DNA from: Alphaproteobacteria bacterium
Lineage (GTDB): Bacteria > Pseudomonadota > Alphaproteobacteria > Bin95
NCBI GenBank assembly: GCA_964291285.2
Contig: OZ219786.1
Location: 1,312,001 to 1,376,000 of the forward strand
DNA: 64,000 nucleotides
Direction of reading: 5' to 3'
Shown here: in pieces, positions 8,498 to 20,938 of the stretch
Numbering within the stretch: position 1 is the stretch's first letter
How the letters are laid out: every line of letters begins with the position of its first letter
Translations under genes and position numbers: made by a program
Notes under the pieces: generated by a model
Database searches by the model: none
The model's input: the letters and a program-made list of their open reading frames with translations, nothing else
What the model was told of the DNA's origin: nothing

Positions 8498-9187
8498 CTA
8501 GTAGGCCGCCGCGTTGTCGACGCGGAAATTGTAGAGCTGACGGGCCGAACCGTAGCGGCGGAACTCCCTTGCGTCGGCAACCACGCCGGCCCGTTCCAGC
8601 AGCGCCTGCAACCCGTCGGCGGCCCGCTCGTCCACATCCTTCTCGACGCAGTCCGCGCCAAGGCTCTCGACCCTGCCCCGGACGAAGATTTCGGCCTCGT
8701 AGATCGAGTCGCCCAGATAGGCGCCCGCATCGCCGCAGACGACCAGCCGGCCGGCCTGCGCCATGAAGGCGGACATATGCCCGATGGAGCCGCCGACCAC
8801 GATGTCGATGCCCTTCATGGTGATGCCGCAGCGGGCGCTGGCACTGCCCTCGATCACGAGAAGCCCGCCGCGCCCGCTTGCCCCGGCAGACTGGCTGGTA
8901 TCCCCCGTTACCCGGACGGTGCCGGACATCAGGTTCTCGGCGACGCCCGTCCCGGCATTCCCTTCCACGGTCACATCCGCCTCCCGGTTCATCCCGGCGC
9001 AGTAGTAGCCGACATGGCCGCGGATCCGGACATTCACCGCTTCCGTCAGCCCGACGGCGACCGCATGGCGTCCCTTGGCATTCGTCACGATAAAATGGCC
9101 GCCGGAGACCGGCCCGTCACGGCCCTGGAGGCGGCGGTTCAGCGCCCGCACGCCCGCCGCGTCGAGGTCGATGGTCTCGACCGTCAC
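8498..9187 (-). CDS. mgsB: N-methylglutamate synthase subunit B (GXGXG domain, GlxC)
   Basis: GYYCAGMN, GVAENLMSG and GSARQLYNF motifs; GTG at 9187 overlaps the mgsA stop (alternative ATG 9202). Confidence 0.88.
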   Translation of the reverse strand: MTVETIDLDAAGVRALNRRLQGRDGPVSGGHFIVTNAKGRHAVAVGLTEAVNVRIRGHVGYYCAGMNREADVTVEGNAGTGVAENLMSGTVRVTGDTSQSAGASGRGGLLVIEGSASARCGITMKGIDIVVGGSIGHMSAFMAQAGRLVVCGDAGAYLGDSIYEAEIFVRGRVESLGADCVEKDVDERAADGLQALLERAGVVADAREFRRYGSARQLYNFRVDNAAAY

Positions 9188-10089
9188 GCGCTGCCGCTCC
9201 ATGAATAGACCTTGCCCGGCTCCGGTTCCCAGACCGATGCGGCCTCGACATCCGGCAGGCAGGCCAGCGCCCGGAACTCCGAGGCCATGGCGACCCAGTC
9301 GTCGTTCTCCGCCATCACGGCGGGCTTGCAGGCGATCGGGTCGCGAAGGACCGAGAAGCCGTCCCTCGTGCCGACCGCGAACGTGTAGAAGCCGTCGAGG
9401 TCCCTGATGCCGGCCTCCAGCGCCTCGGCGATGCTGGCGCCCTCGCCGATCCGCCAGGTCAGGTAGCCGGCAGCGACCTCGGTGTCATTGTCGGTCTGGA
9501 ACCGCACGCCCTGTTGCTCGCGCAGCCAGTCGCGCAGGCGGTGGTGGTTGGAGAGCGAGCCGTTGTGGACGAGGCAAAGATCGTCGCCGGTGTTGAAGGG
9601 GTGAGCCCCGGCGGTCGTCACGGCGCTTTCCGTCGCCATGCGCGTGTGGCCGATCATGTGCGAGCCCGCCATCTGGCTGACGCCGAACCGGTCCAGGACA
9701 TCCGCCGGCAGGCCGACATCCTTGTAGATTTCGAGCACCGTGCCGGAACTGGTGACGCTGAGCTCCGGATGCCCGGCCTCGACCCAGTCCCGCAGGCTGC
9801 CGGCGTCGACGGAGGCTCTGAGGACGGCATGGTTGGACGCCGGTTCGACTGCAGCCTCGGTGCCCAGCGCTTCGCCCGCCTCCACGGCGAGCCCGGACCA
9901 GTCGTAACCGGGCGCCATGCTGCACACCGTGACCTTCGCCTCGTTCCGTCCGCCTTCTTCCCGATAGACCGCAAAGCCCGCGCTGTCGGGGCCGCGCTCG
10001 GTCATTTCCCCCATCATCGGCGTGAAGAGGCGGCCCAGATGCGGGCGCAGGGCAGGGTTCTTGAGATAGAGCCCAACGATGCCGCACAT
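9184..10089 (-). CDS. mgsA: N-methylglutamate synthase subunit A (class II glutamine amidotransferase, GlxB)
   Basis: MCGIVG N-terminus; RGPDSAG, GHTRMATES and HNGSLSN motifs. Confidence 0.9.
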   Translation of the reverse strand: MCGIVGLYLKNPALRPHLGRLFTPMMGEMTERGPDSAGFAVYREEGGRNEAKVTVCSMAPGYDWSGLAVEAGEALGTEAAVEPASNHAVLRASVDAGSLRDWVEAGHPELSVTSSGTVLEIYKDVGLPADVLDRFGVSQMAGSHMIGHTRMATESAVTTAGAHPFNTGDDLCLVHNGSLSNHHRLRDWLREQQGVRFQTDNDTEVAAGYLTWRIGEGASIAEALEAGIRDLDGFYTFAVGTRDGFSVLRDPIACKPAVMAENDDWVAMASEFRALACLPDVEAASVWEPEPGKVYSWSGSA

Positions 10090-10142
10090 GGCTTCCTCCT
10101 CCCGCGCCAGCCGCGTCTCGGCCGCAGTATAGGGCGTCCGGG

Positions 10143-11750
10143 TCAGACCTGCAGCGCCACGCCGTCATGGCCCGGATCGGCCCCGCCGTCGAGGCTGCCG
10201 CCGGCCAGCAGCCTTATGCCATGCACCGCTGCGAAGCCGAAGGTGAGCGGGCTGCGGACGATCTCATAGCCCATTCGCTCCAGAGGCTCGACGACATAGC
10301 CCGGAATGCGGTTCGAGATGTCGATGGCGTTCGAGGTCGAGGAGAAGCGCGGCGCCGACACCGCCTCGGTCATGGTCATGCCGTGGTCGAGCACATTCAG
10401 GATCGCTTGCGTCACGCCCATCGCGATCTGGGTGCCGCCCGGCGCGCCGAGCGCGAGGCAGGGCCGGTCGCCCTCGAAGACGATTGTCGGACAGAGCGAG
10501 GAAAACCGGCTCTTGCCGGGTGCGATCGACCCCGCCCGGCCCGGGCGCGGATCGAAGACCGCCATGCAGCCGTTGTACATGAAGCCGAGACCGGGCGTGA
10601 TGACGCCCGACGGCATGCCGAGCGAGTGGGTCATCGTGACGATCCCGCCCTCGCGGTCCACGGCCACGACATGTGTGGTGTCGGCCGGCTCCGGCGCGAC
10701 CCGTGTCACCGAGGCCCGCTCGCCGCGCGCGATTTCGCCTGCAAGCTCCGCGCCGTAATCCCTGGAAAGCAGCCAGTCCAGAGGCACGTCGTAGAAGGCC
10801 GGGTCGCCGACATGGGCGTCCTTGTCGCGCGTCGCCCGCTTCATCGCCTCGCTGACGACGCGCAGATACTCGGTGCTGTTGTGCCCCATGGCCGCCAGGT
10901 CGAAATGCCCGAGCTGGTTCAGAATCTGCAACACCTGCACGCCGCCGCCGGGCGGGCGGTTGGAGGCGACGCGCCGGCCCCGATAGTCCGTCCAGACGGG
11001 CTCCGTGCGGGTCGTGCGGTAGGCGGCGAGGTCGGCGGCTGTCATCAGCCCGCCATTGGCGCGCATGTCGGCGTCGATCTCCTCGGCGATCTCGCCGGTG
11101 TAGAAGATGTCCGAGCCGTTCCTGGCCACGCGCTCCAGCGTCTGCGCGAGGTCCGGATTGACGACCCGATCGCCCGTGCCTTTCAGGCGTCCGTCCTCGT
11201 GGAAGTAGACGGCTCGGCCGGTGGCGGAGAAGGCGTTGCGGTCCCGGTTTGCGGTGCGGCCGAGCTGTTCCGTCTGCCGCCACCAGAAATCGACATGCGG
11301 GCGCACGGTGAAGCCCTCGCGGGCCCGGGCCACGGCAGGGGCGCAGATATCCGCCCAGTCCCAGCTTCCGAACTCCGTTGCGGCCTCGAAATAGGCCTTG
11401 AGGGCGCCCGGCGTGGTAATCGACTGGTAGCCGAGATCGTTGACGCGGTCCTTCAGGATGAAACCGAAGCCGTCCCGCGTCTCGCTTTCGAGCAGGTCTT
11501 CCCACATCGCTGGATGCGCGGCGAGCGGCGTCTTGCCGTGAAAGTCGATGCAGCAATGAACGCCCCGGGACGGCAGGAAGAGATGACAGGAGCCGAAGCC
11601 CGCTATGCCGCACATCTGCGGATCGACCACGCCCTGCACGAGGGCGGCGGCGATAGCGGCATCGACGGCGTTTCCGCCCCGCTGCAGCACGCGGGCGCCG
11701 GCTTCGGCGGCCTCCGGCTGGGCGGCGACGATCATGGCCGGGCGGGTCAT
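10143..11750 (-). CDS. ggt: Gamma-glutamyltransferase family protein
   Basis: GGNAVDAAIA, DPQMCGIAG, DTTH (nucleophilic Thr) and GAPGG motifs; start ATG 11750. Confidence 0.9.
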   Translation of the reverse strand: MTRPAMIVAAQPEAAEAGARVLQRGGNAVDAAIAAALVQGVVDPQMCGIAGFGSCHLFLPSRGVHCCIDFHGKTPLAAHPAMWEDLLESETRDGFGFILKDRVNDLGYQSITTPGALKAYFEAATEFGSWDWADICAPAVARAREGFTVRPHVDFWWRQTEQLGRTANRDRNAFSATGRAVYFHEDGRLKGTGDRVVNPDLAQTLERVARNGSDIFYTGEIAEEIDADMRANGGLMTAADLAAYRTTRTEPVWTDYRGRRVASNRPPGGGVQVLQILNQLGHFDLAAMGHNSTEYLRVVSEAMKRATRDKDAHVGDPAFYDVPLDWLLSRDYGAELAGEIARGERASVTRVAPEPADTTHVVAVDREGGIVTMTHSLGMPSGVITPGLGFMYNGCMAVFDPRPGRAGSIAPGKSRFSSLCPTIVFEGDRPCLALGAPGGTQIAMGVTQAILNVLDHGMTMTEAVSAPRFSSTSNAIDISNRIPGYVVEPLERMGYEIVRSPLTFGFAAVHGIRLLAGGSLDGGADPGHDGVALQV

Positions 11751-12622
11751 GGCGGCATCTCCCTGCGGGCGGCGGAGCGTAGCCCAAGAGCCGAGTTCAT
11801 GGCGAGTGCCGCGACGATCACCGCGCCTGCGGCCAGCACGGCCTTTGTCGGCGTTTCGCCCGTGCCAAGCCACACCCAGAGCGGCCCGAGCAGGGTTTCC
11901 AGCAGCAGCAACAGCCCTACCTCCGCCGCCGGAATGTATCGGGGGCCGGTGCTGATGAGGCCGATCCCCGCCGGAAGCAACAGGCAGGCCATGAGCGCCA
12001 GCCAGAGCACCCCCGTTTCCGAAACCGAGAAAGGCGAAGCGAACGGCAGCGCCACAAGCGCCGCCGCCAGATTGCCCCAGATCGGCACGGGGAGCGTGCT
12101 CGCGGCCCGGATCGAACGCAGCAGGACGAAATAGGCGGCGAGCCCCACCGTTGCCCCCGCCGCGCAAAGATTGCCGGCGAGCCGCCCCCTCTCCAGATCG
12201 TCCGCGAAAATGACCGCGACCCCGCCGGCCACGGCAACCGCGGCCACCCACGTCCGGGGCGGCACCGGCTCGCCCAGGAAGAGCCGCCCGATGACCGCCG
12301 CGGCGAGCGGCGAGGCGGCCAGCACGACCAGCACATTCGCCGCGGCGGTGAGTGCCAGCGCCCAGATGAAGCAGTGGCTGACCGCGACCAGCAGCGCGGC
12401 CCCCAGCAGCCGGCGCGGACCGAACCGGAACATGTTGCGCAGCCCCGCCCGTCCCTCGACCGCCTGCACGATGACGACAAGGGCGCCGGCAATGCCCAGC
12501 CCCCGCCAGAACACCAGGGTCCATGGGTCGGCATCGACCAGGCGCACCAGTAATGTGTCGGGTGTAACGGCGAGGACGCCGACAAATGTCAGCGCAAGGC
12601 CGCGAGCGTATTGCGAGCGCAT
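11747..12622 (-). CDS. DMT/EamA family transporter
   Basis: About 10 hydrophobic segments with two EamA-like repeats (FLGE; LE...PLWVWL..GE). Confidence 0.88.
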   Translation of the reverse strand: MRSQYARGLALTFVGVLAVTPDTLLVRLVDADPWTLVFWRGLGIAGALVVIVQAVEGRAGLRNMFRFGPRRLLGAALLVAVSHCFIWALALTAAANVLVVLAASPLAAAVIGRLFLGEPVPPRTWVAAVAVAGGVAVIFADDLERGRLAGNLCAAGATVGLAAYFVLLRSIRAASTLPVPIWGNLAAALVALPFASPFSVSETGVLWLALMACLLLPAGIGLISTGPRYIPAAEVGLLLLLETLLGPLWVWLGTGETPTKAVLAAGAVIVAALAMNSALGLRSAARREMPP

Positions 12623-12659
12623 GAGAGGCCGGACGGCGGCGCCGCGGCCCGGCCGTGTG

Positions 12660-13088
12660 CTACGCGGCGTCGTCCAGGACGACGTCCTCGCGCTCCTGGG
12701 TCGGACCGCTGTCCTGGCCCTTGGCGGCGACGTCCCGGTCCACGAATTCGATCAGCGCCATCGGCGCCATGTCGCCCTTGCGGAAGCCGGCCTTGAGCAC
12801 CCGCGTATAGCCGCCGGGGCGATCCGCATAGCGCTCCCGCAGGGTTAAGAACAACTTTGCGACCATGGCGTCGTCCCGGAGCCGGGCGAAGGCCTGCCGG
12901 CGTGCATGAAGGTCACCGCGCTTGGCGAGCGTGACCAGCCTTTCCACCACCGGGCGCAACTCCTTGGCCTTCGGCAGGGTGGTGCGGATCTGTTCATGCT
13001 TGATGAGTGCGTTCGCCATGTTGGAGAACATCGCCTTGCGGTGGGCCCAACTACGGTTGAGCCGCCGGCCCTGTTTGCGATGGCGCAT
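12660..13088 (-). CDS. rplQ: 50S ribosomal protein L17
   Basis: [17 protein letters not shown] and [10 protein letters not shown]. Confidence 0.98.
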   Translation of the reverse strand: MRHRKQGRRLNRSWAHRKAMFSNMANALIKHEQIRTTLPKAKELRPVVERLVTLAKRGDLHARRQAFARLRDDAMVAKLFLTLRERYADRPGGYTRVLKAGFRKGDMAPMALIEFVDRDVAAKGQDSGPTQEREDVVLDDAA

Positions 13089-13105
13089 CGCTTGCCCCCT
13101 CCCGC

Positions 13106-14134
13106 TCAGAACGGCTCGTCGAGCCGCTTGGCCAGCTCTTCGATATTGTCCGGCGGCCAGTTCGGCACTTCCATGCCGAGGTCCAGCTCCATCTGCTTCA
13201 GCAGCGCCTTGATCTCGTTCAGCGACTTCCTGCCGAAATTCGGCGTGCGGAGCATTTCGTTCTCGGTCTTCTGCACCAGGTCGCCGATATAGATGATGTT
13301 GTCGTTCTTCAGGCAGTTCGCCGAGCGGACCGACAGTTCCAGCTCTTCGACCTTGCGCAGCAAATGCGGGTTGAACGGCAGATCGACGGCCCGGCCCTCC
13401 GGCTGCGACTGCTGGAGTTCCTCGAAATTCACGAACAGTTGCAACTGGTCCTGCAGGATGCGGGCGGCAAAGGCGACGGCGTCCTCCGGCGAGACGGAGC
13501 CGTCCGTCTGCACGTCGAGCAGCAGCTTGTCGTAGTCCGTGGCCTGGCCGACGCGGGTCTGCTCGATGCGGTAGGACACCTGGCGGACAGGGCTGTATAT
13601 GGCATCCACCGGAATCATGCCGATGGGCGCATCCTCGGGCCGGTTGTCTGCCGCCTGGACATAGCCCTTGCCGTTCTCGACCGTCATTTCCATGCGCAGG
13701 CTGGCGCCTCGGTCGAGCGTGCAGATGACATGGTCGGAGTCCATGATCTCGATGTCGGAGCCCGCCTGGATGCGGCCGGCAGTCACCACGCCCGGTCCCG
13801 TCGCGTCCAGCACCATCCGCCTCGGGCCTTCGGAATGCTTGCGCAGAGCCAGCCCCTTGATGTTGAGGACGATGTCAGTGACGTCCTCGCGGACGCCCGC
13901 AATCGAGGAGAATTCGTGCAGCACGCCGTCAATCTGCACCCGCGTCACGGCCGCACCCTGCAGGGACGACAGCATGATCCGCCGGAGCGCGTTGCCAAGC
14001 GTGATGCCGAAGCCGCGCTCGAGCGGCTCGGCCGAGATGATGGCCGACCGGCCCGGATCGCCCCCGGCCTGCAGGTCGAGCTTGCCGGGCTTGATGAGAT
14101 CCTGCCAATTCTTGTGCGTGAACGATGTGGACAT
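13106..14134 (-). CDS. rpoA: RNA polymerase alpha subunit
   Basis: [17 protein letters not shown] and [11 protein letters not shown]. Confidence 0.98.
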   Translation of the reverse strand: MSTSFTHKNWQDLIKPGKLDLQAGGDPGRSAIISAEPLERGFGITLGNALRRIMLSSLQGAAVTRVQIDGVLHEFSSIAGVREDVTDIVLNIKGLALRKHSEGPRRMVLDATGPGVVTAGRIQAGSDIEIMDSDHVICTLDRGASLRMEMTVENGKGYVQAADNRPEDAPIGMIPVDAIYSPVRQVSYRIEQTRVGQATDYDKLLLDVQTDGSVSPEDAVAFAARILQDQLQLFVNFEELQQSQPEGRAVDLPFNPHLLRKVEELELSVRSANCLKNDNIIYIGDLVQKTENEMLRTPNFGRKSLNEIKALLKQMELDLGMEVPNWPPDNIEELAKRLDEPF

Positions 14135-14193
14135 CACCTCGTTTCAATCCCTGCCGGGAGAGCCGGCCCGCTGGTTTCGATCAGGTGCTGCAG

Positions 14194-14586
14194 TCAAACG
14201 CGCCGACGCTTCGGCGGACGGCAGCCGTTATGCGGTATCGGCGTCACATCGCGAATGGACGTGATCGTGAAGCCAGCCGCCTGAAGCGCGCGCAACGCGG
14301 ATTCGCGCCCCGAACCCGGTCCGCGCACATTGACATCCAGTGTCTTGACGCCGTGCTCCTGCGCCTTGCGGGCGCAGTCCTCGGCGGCGATCTGGGCTGC
14401 GAACGGTGTGGACTTGCGAGAACCCTTGAAGCCCTGCCCGCCCGCCGACGACCAGGCGATCGCATTGCCCTGGACATCGGTGATAGTAATCATCGTGTTG
14501 TTGAACGTCGCATTCACATGCGCGACGCCGGAGGAAATGTTCTTCCGCTCGCGCCTGCGCACGCGGGCGGCAGCTGGCCTCGCCAT
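14194..14586 (-). CDS. rpsK: 30S ribosomal protein S11
   Basis: [14 protein letters not shown] and [13 protein letters not shown]. Confidence 0.98.
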   Translation of the reverse strand: MARPAAARVRRRERKNISSGVAHVNATFNNTMITITDVQGNAIAWSSAGGQGFKGSRKSTPFAAQIAAEDCARKAQEHGVKTLDVNVRGPGSGRESALRALQAAGFTITSIRDVTPIPHNGCRPPKRRRV

Positions 14587-14608
14587 CCTCTACCGGCTCC
14601 TTCCTGGC

Positions 14609-14977
14609 TTATTTCTTCTTGCCGGCGATCGGCCGCGCCTTGCCCTTGCGGGTGCGCGCATTGGTGTGGGTGCGCTGGCCGCGCACGGGAAGTCCCTTGC
14701 GGTGGCGCTGACCGCGGTAGCAGCCGAGGTCCATCAGCCGCTTGATGTTGATCGCGACCTCGCGCCGCAAATCGCCCTCAACCATATAGTCCCGGTCGAT
14801 CGTCTCGCGGATGCGGATGACCTGATCCTCGGTCAACTGGTTGACCCTGTACTCCAGAGGCACCTCCGCCTTCTCGCAGATCTCCCGCGACTTGGCCCGC
14901 CCGATGCCGTGGATGTAGGTCAGCGAGATCTCAACGCGCTTCTGCGTCGGAATGTTGACGCCGGCAATTCGCGCCAC
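14609..14977 (-). CDS. rpsM: 30S ribosomal protein S13
   Basis: ARIAGVNIP and [18 protein letters not shown]; GTG start. Confidence 0.98.
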   Translation of the reverse strand: MARIAGVNIPTQKRVEISLTYIHGIGRAKSREICEKAEVPLEYRVNQLTEDQVIRIRETIDRDYMVEGDLRREVAINIKRLMDLGCYRGQRHRKGLPVRGQRTHTNARTRKGKARPIAGKKK

Positions 14978-15016
14978 TCCTGAACCTCCTTATAGGCTGG
15001 ATCGCTGAAACAGCGC

Positions 15017-15045
15017 AACATACGCCCCGTCGTGAAAACCGTCAA
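15017..15045 (-). promoter_or_regulatory. Putative sigma70 promoter of the rpsM-rpsK-rpoA-rplQ operon
   Basis: TTGACG-17bp-TATGTT on the minus strand, overlapping the adk stop. Confidence 0.6.
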
Positions 15046-15712
15046 CCGCCCAGAGGCCGGCCGCCGGCTTCCCCGCCAAGCGCCACATCGATCTTGTGAG
15101 CAACCTCGCCGATTTCCGCCATGCCGTCAACCCGGCGCAGCAGCCCTTTCGACTCGTAATAGGGCAGGACCGGTTCGGTCTGGCCGCGATAGACCCTGAG
15201 CCGCTCCCGTACCGTCTCGGCGCTGTCATCGGGCCGGCGCTCGAAGTCCGACGCCCCGCATTTGTCGCAACGCCCCGCGACCGCCAGCGGTTTGAAACTG
15301 TCGTGATATCCCTCGCCGCAATTCCTGCAGGTGAACCGTCCGGAAATACGTTCGACCAGCGCCTCCTCGTCCACCTCCAGCAGCAGGACGGCGTCGAGCG
15401 CCATGTCCTTGCTGGCAAGAAGGCCGTCGAGGGCCTCGGCCTGCGCGGTCGTGCGCGGGAAGCCGTCGAGGATAAAACCGCCGGCGCAGTCCCGGGCATC
15501 GATTCGCTTGGAGATGATCCCGGTCATGATCTCGTCCGGCATCAGCCGGCCCGCCTCCACTACCGCCGCAGCCTGCCCGCCGAGATCTCCGCCGCCGGCG
15601 ATTTCCGCCCGCAGCATGTCGCCGGAGGAGAGCTGCGGCAGCCCGCGTTCTTCTGTCAACCGCCTGGCCTGCGTTCCCTTGCCTGCGCCGGGCGGGCCCA
15701 GCAGCACCAGGA

Positions 15713-15716
<4 letters not shown>
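15042..15716 (-). CDS. adk: Adenylate kinase
   Basis: GPPGAGKGTQ, LDGFPRT and a CxxC...CxxC zinc lid. Confidence 0.97.
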
Positions 15717-17071
<1,355 letters not shown>

Positions 17072-17080
17072 GGCAGCCGG

Positions 17081-17560
17081 CTATCCTTCCGCCGGCGCCG
17101 CGTTCAGCACAGTCACACTGCCGCCCGCGGCCTCGACCGCCGCCACCGCCGCCTTCGAGGCACCGGCCACCCGGATGTCGAGCCCCGCCTTGAGTTCACC
17201 GCCCGCAAGCAGCCTGATGCCGTCCCGTTCCCGGCGCACCACGCCCGAAGCGACGAGCGCGGCCGCATCGACCGGCTCTGCCGGATCGAGCTTGCCGGCG
17301 TCCACCGCAAGTTGGAGGCGGCCGAGATTGACCGCCTGGTAGCGGGCGCGAAACCGGTGGTTGTTGAAGCCCCGCTTCGGCAACCGGCGGTAGAGCGGCA
17401 TCTGCCCGCCCTCAAACCCGTCGAGGGCCACGCCGCTGCGGGATTTCTGGCCCTTTACGCCGCGCCCGGAGGTCTTGCCCTTGCCGGAACCGATGCCGCG
17501 CCCGACCCGTTTGGCCGTCCTGCGCGCGCCCGGATTGTCGGAGAGTTCGTTCAGCTTCAT
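17081..17560 (-). CDS. rplO: 50S ribosomal protein L15
   Basis: [13 protein letters not shown] and [17 protein letters not shown]. Confidence 0.97.
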   Translation of the reverse strand: MKLNELSDNPGARRTAKRVGRGIGSGKGKTSGRGVKGQKSRSGVALDGFEGGQMPLYRRLPKRGFNNHRFRARYQAVNLGRLQLAVDAGKLDPAEPVDAAALVASGVVRRERDGIRLLAGGELKAGLDIRVAGASKAAVAAVEAAGGSVTVLNAAPAEG

Positions 17561-17606
17561 CGCGTCTTCGTCCTCGCTCGCTCCTGAAATCGGAGGCGGA
17601 CAGCTC

Positions 17607-17804
17607 TTATTCAACCCTTTCCACGCGCACCATGTGCCGCACCTTGGCAATCATGCCCCTCACGGCCGGGGTGTCCTCGAGGATGCGCGACCGGTTCATC
17701 TTGTTCAGCCCGAGGCCGATCAGCGTCTCGCGCTGCACCTTGGGCCGCCGGATCGGCGAACCGGTCTGCGTGACCTTCACGCGCTTTGCCGCCTGCTCAT
17801 TCAT
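17607..17804 (-). CDS. rpmD: 50S ribosomal protein L30
   Basis: GSPIRR...TLIGLGL...DTPAVRGMI. Confidence 0.96.
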   Translation of the reverse strand: MNEQAAKRVKVTQTGSPIRRPKVQRETLIGLGLNKMNRSRILEDTPAVRGMIAKVRHMVRVERVE

Positions 17805-18384
17805 TGGCTGCAGCCTCGGCCGGCGCGTCGGCCTCCGCGGACTCGCTGGCCGGCGTGCGCGGCCCGAACAGGTCCGACGGCCGCTTGCCCCGCCTCTGCG
17901 CGACCATGCGCGGGCTCGCCGTGCGGGAAAGCGCTTCGAAGGTGGCCTTCACCATATTGTGCGGGTTGGAGGAGCCGAGCGACTTGGCGACCACATCCTG
18001 AATGCCAAGCGCCTCGAAAACCGCGCGCATCGGCCCGCCGGCAATGACGCCGGTGCCCTGCGGCGCCGCGCGAAGCACAACCCGGCCTGCGCCGAAACGC
18101 CCGTCGACATCGTGGTGGAGAGTGCGCCCGTCCTTCAGCGGCACCCGGCGCATCGTGCGCTTGGCGCGCTCGGTCGCCTTGCGGATGGCTTCCGGCACCT
18201 CGCGCGCCTTGCCGGCGCCGACTCCCGCCCGCCCCTGGCCGTCGCCCGCCACGACGAGCGCCGAGAAGCCGAACCGCCGGCCTCCCTTCACCACCTTGGC
18301 GACGCGGTTGATCGAGACAAGCTTCTCGATGAACTCGCTCTCTTCGCGGTCCCGCCCGCGGTCCGATCTCGGTCCCCGTGCCAT
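17797..18384 (-). CDS. rpsE: 30S ribosomal protein S5
   Basis: [19 protein letters not shown] and GTGVIAGG. Confidence 0.97.
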   Translation of the reverse strand: MARGPRSDRGRDREESEFIEKLVSINRVAKVVKGGRRFGFSALVVAGDGQGRAGVGAGKAREVPEAIRKATERAKRTMRRVPLKDGRTLHHDVDGRFGAGRVVLRAAPQGTGVIAGGPMRAVFEALGIQDVVAKSLGSSNPHNMVKATFEALSRTASPRMVAQRRGKRPSDLFGPRTPASESAEADAPAEAAANE

Positions 18385-18424
18385 GCTGCCCGCCTTCCTT
18401 CCCAGCTCTTGCCCGAGCCTCCCG

Positions 18425-18778
18425 TCAGAACGAGAGGCCGCCCTCGCGGGCCGCATCGGCAAGCGCCTTGACCCGTCCGTGATACCTGTAGCCGCCGCGG
18501 TCGAAGACCACGTCCGTCACGCCCGCAGCGACTGCGCGCTCGGCCAGCCTCGCGCCCACCGCCTCGGCCGCCTGCTTGTTGCCCGCGCCCTGGCGCAGGT
18601 CCTTCTCCAGCGACGAGGCCGCAACCAGCGTCCTGCCCTGCCTGTCGTCCACGATCTGCGCGTAGATATAGCGGTTGGAACGGAACACCGACAGGCGCGG
18701 GCGCCCGCCGCCGGCCTTTCTAAGGCCGTAACGCACACGCCGCCTGCGCCGCTCGAAGAGTTCCCGTGTCGTCAGCAT
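18425..18778 (-). CDS. rplR: 50S ribosomal protein L18
   Basis: RLSVFRSN and [21 protein letters not shown]. Confidence 0.98.
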   Translation of the reverse strand: MLTTRELFERRRRRVRYGLRKAGGGRPRLSVFRSNRYIYAQIVDDRQGRTLVAASSLEKDLRQGAGNKQAAEAVGARLAERAVAAGVTDVVFDRGGYRYHGRVKALADAAREGGLSF

Positions 18779-18787
18779 CGCCCGCCT

Positions 18788-19324
18788 CTACTTCTTCTTG
18801 CCTTCCTTGCGGAAGACGTATTCGCCCTCATACCTCACACCCTTGCCCTTGTAGGGCTCGGGCTTGCGCCAGGCGCGGATCTCGGCGGCGACCTGGCCGA
18901 CGCGCTGCCGGTCGGCACCGCTGACGGCAATCGTCGTCGGGCGCTCGCAGACGATCTCGATACCCTCCGGGATCGGATATTCGACCGGATGGCTGTAGCC
19001 GAGCGACAACACCAGCACCCGCCCCCTCACCTCGGCGCGGTAGCCGACCCCGGAGATTTCCAGATTGCGGGTGAAACCCTGGCTCACGCCCGTCACGATA
19101 TTCTGCGCGAGCGACCGGGTCGTGCCCCACATGGCGCGGGCCCGTTTGGACTCGTCGCGCGGCCGCACGGTAATCAGGCCGTCCGTGAGTTCGACTTCGA
19201 CAAACTCCTCGGAAACCGGGAAGCTGAGTTCGCCGAGCCTGCCCCGGGCGCTCAGCACGGCGCCTTCGTAGCGAACTTCGGCCCCGTCCGGGATTGCGAC
19301 GGGATTCTTTCCAACGCGGGACAT
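18788..19324 (-). CDS. rplF: 50S ribosomal protein L6
   Basis: MSRVGK and PEPYKGKG. Confidence 0.98.
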   Translation of the reverse strand: MSRVGKNPVAIPDGAEVRYEGAVLSARGRLGELSFPVSEEFVEVELTDGLITVRPRDESKRARAMWGTTRSLAQNIVTGVSQGFTRNLEISGVGYRAEVRGRVLVLSLGYSHPVEYPIPEGIEIVCERPTTIAVSGADRQRVGQVAAEIRAWRKPEPYKGKGVRYEGEYVFRKEGKKK

Positions 19325-19719
19325 CAGAACACCTGGCAGAGCACTTCGCCGCCGACATTGAAGGACCGCGCTTCGTGGTCCGACATCACGCCGCGCGGCG
19401 TCGACAGGATCTGGATGCCGAGCCCGTTATTGTAGGGCTTGAGGTCCTTGATCCGGGAATAGACCCGCCGGCCCGGCTTCGAAACCCGTTGGATCGAGCG
19501 GATCACCGGCTGGCCTTCGTAATATTTCAACTCGATGCGCAGCTCTCCGGCCGGCCCCTCATGGCTTTCTTCATAGCTGCGGATATAGCCCTCGCGCGCC
19601 AGCACCTGCAGCACGTTCATGCGCAGCTTGGACTTCGGCGACACGACATGCGGCTTGCCGGCCCGCTGGCCGTTGCGGATGCGGGTGAGCATATCGCCCA
19701 GAGGATCGCTCATCGTCAT
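19324..19719 (-). CDS. rpsH: 30S ribosomal protein S8
   Basis: [12 protein letters not shown] and SKPGRRVY. Confidence 0.98.
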   Translation of the reverse strand: MTMSDPLGDMLTRIRNGQRAGKPHVVSPKSKLRMNVLQVLAREGYIRSYEESHEGPAGELRIELKYYEGQPVIRSIQRVSKPGRRVYSRIKDLKPYNNGLGIQILSTPRGVMSDHEARSFNVGGEVLCQVF

Positions 19720-19738
19720 TGGATGGCCACCTCCTTTC

Positions 19739-20044
19739 CTACCAGCTCGCCTTGACGACGCCGGGCACCTGCCCCCGCGACGCCAATTCGCGAAGCGCGA
19801 TCCGCGACAGGCGGAACTTGCGGTAATAGCCCCGCGGCCGACCGGATACCTCGCAACGGTTGCGCAACCGCACCTTGGCGCCGTTGCGCGGCAGGGTCGC
19901 GAGCTTCAGTGAAGCGGCGAAGCGCTCATCCGGCGCGCGCGACGCGTCGCGCACCTCGGCTCGCAAGGCCGCGCGCCTTTTCGCATACCGCGCCACGATC
20001 CGGCGGCGTTTCCGTTCCCGCTCCACCATGCTGACCTTGGCCAT
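19739..20044 (-). CDS. rpsN: 30S ribosomal protein S14 (long, zinc-independent form)
   Basis: [12 protein letters not shown] and PGVVKASW. Confidence 0.97.
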   Translation of the reverse strand: MAKVSMVERERKRRRIVARYAKRRAALRAEVRDASRAPDERFAASLKLATLPRNGAKVRLRNRCEVSGRPRGYYRKFRLSRIALRELASRGQVPGVVKASW

Positions 20045-20068
20045 GGGCGTTCCTGTCCTCCCTTGCGC

Positions 20069-20608
20069 CTAGCGTTCGAACGGCATGTTGAGGCCGCCGA
20101 GCAGGGCCCGCGCTTCCTCGTTCGTGCGAGCCGTGGTGCAGATGACGATGTTCATCCCGCGAATCGCATCGACCCTGTCGTAGGAGATCTCGGGAAAGAT
20201 GATCTGCTCCCGGATCCCGAGCGAATAGTTGCCGCGTCCGTCGAAGGCCCTGGGCGACACGCCGCGGAAATCGCGCACACGCGGCAGCGCGATGGTCGTC
20301 AGGCGGTCGAAGAACTCCCACATCCGCGTCCGGCGCAGCGTGACCTTGCAGCCGATCGTCATCCCCTCGCGCAGTTTGAAGCCGGCGATCGATTTCCGGG
20401 CCTTGGTCACCACCGGCCTCTGGCCGGAAATGGCCGTGAGGTCCGCAACCGCAGCCTCGATCTTCTTGCTGTCGCCCACGGCTTCGCCGACGCCCATGTT
20501 CAGCACGATCTTGTCGAGCGCCGGCACCTGCATGGGGTTCGTGTAGCCGAACTGCTCGATCAGCGCCGGGCGCACTGTCTCGCGGTAGATGTCCTGGAGA
20601 CGGGGCAT
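20069..20608 (-). CDS. rplE: 50S ribosomal protein L5
   Basis: KIVLNMGVG and FDGRGNY. Confidence 0.98.
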   Translation of the reverse strand: MPRLQDIYRETVRPALIEQFGYTNPMQVPALDKIVLNMGVGEAVGDSKKIEAAVADLTAISGQRPVVTKARKSIAGFKLREGMTIGCKVTLRRTRMWEFFDRLTTIALPRVRDFRGVSPRAFDGRGNYSLGIREQIIFPEISYDRVDAIRGMNIVICTTARTNEEARALLGGLNMPFER

Positions 20609-20620
20609 GATGCAGGCCTC

Positions 20621-20938
20621 CTAGCGGTCTATCACCGAGCCGGAACCCCGCGCGAAACGGACCTTGCGGCCGTCGTCGAGGAAGCGGAACCCCACGCGGG
20701 TCGGCTTGTCGGTCTCGGGGTCGATATGGGCGAGATTGGAGAGATGGACGGTCGCCTCGATCTCTTCGACGCCGCCCGAACCCTGCGCGCTGTCGCGGCG
20801 GTGCTTGGTGACCATGTTGACGCCCTGCACCACCGCGCGCTCCTTGTCCGGCAGCACGCGCAGCACTTCCCCGCGCTTGCCCCGGTCGCGGCCGGTCAGC
20901 ACCGCCACCCGGTCGCCCTTGCGAATACGCGCCGCCAT
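20621..20938 (-). CDS. rplX: 50S ribosomal protein L24
   Basis: [19 protein letters not shown] motif; HLSN. Confidence 0.96.
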   Translation of the reverse strand: MAARIRKGDRVAVLTGRDRGKRGEVLRVLPDKERAVVQGVNMVTKHRRDSAQGSGGVEEIEATVHLSNLAHIDPETDKPTRVGFRFLDDGRKVRFARGSGSVIDR

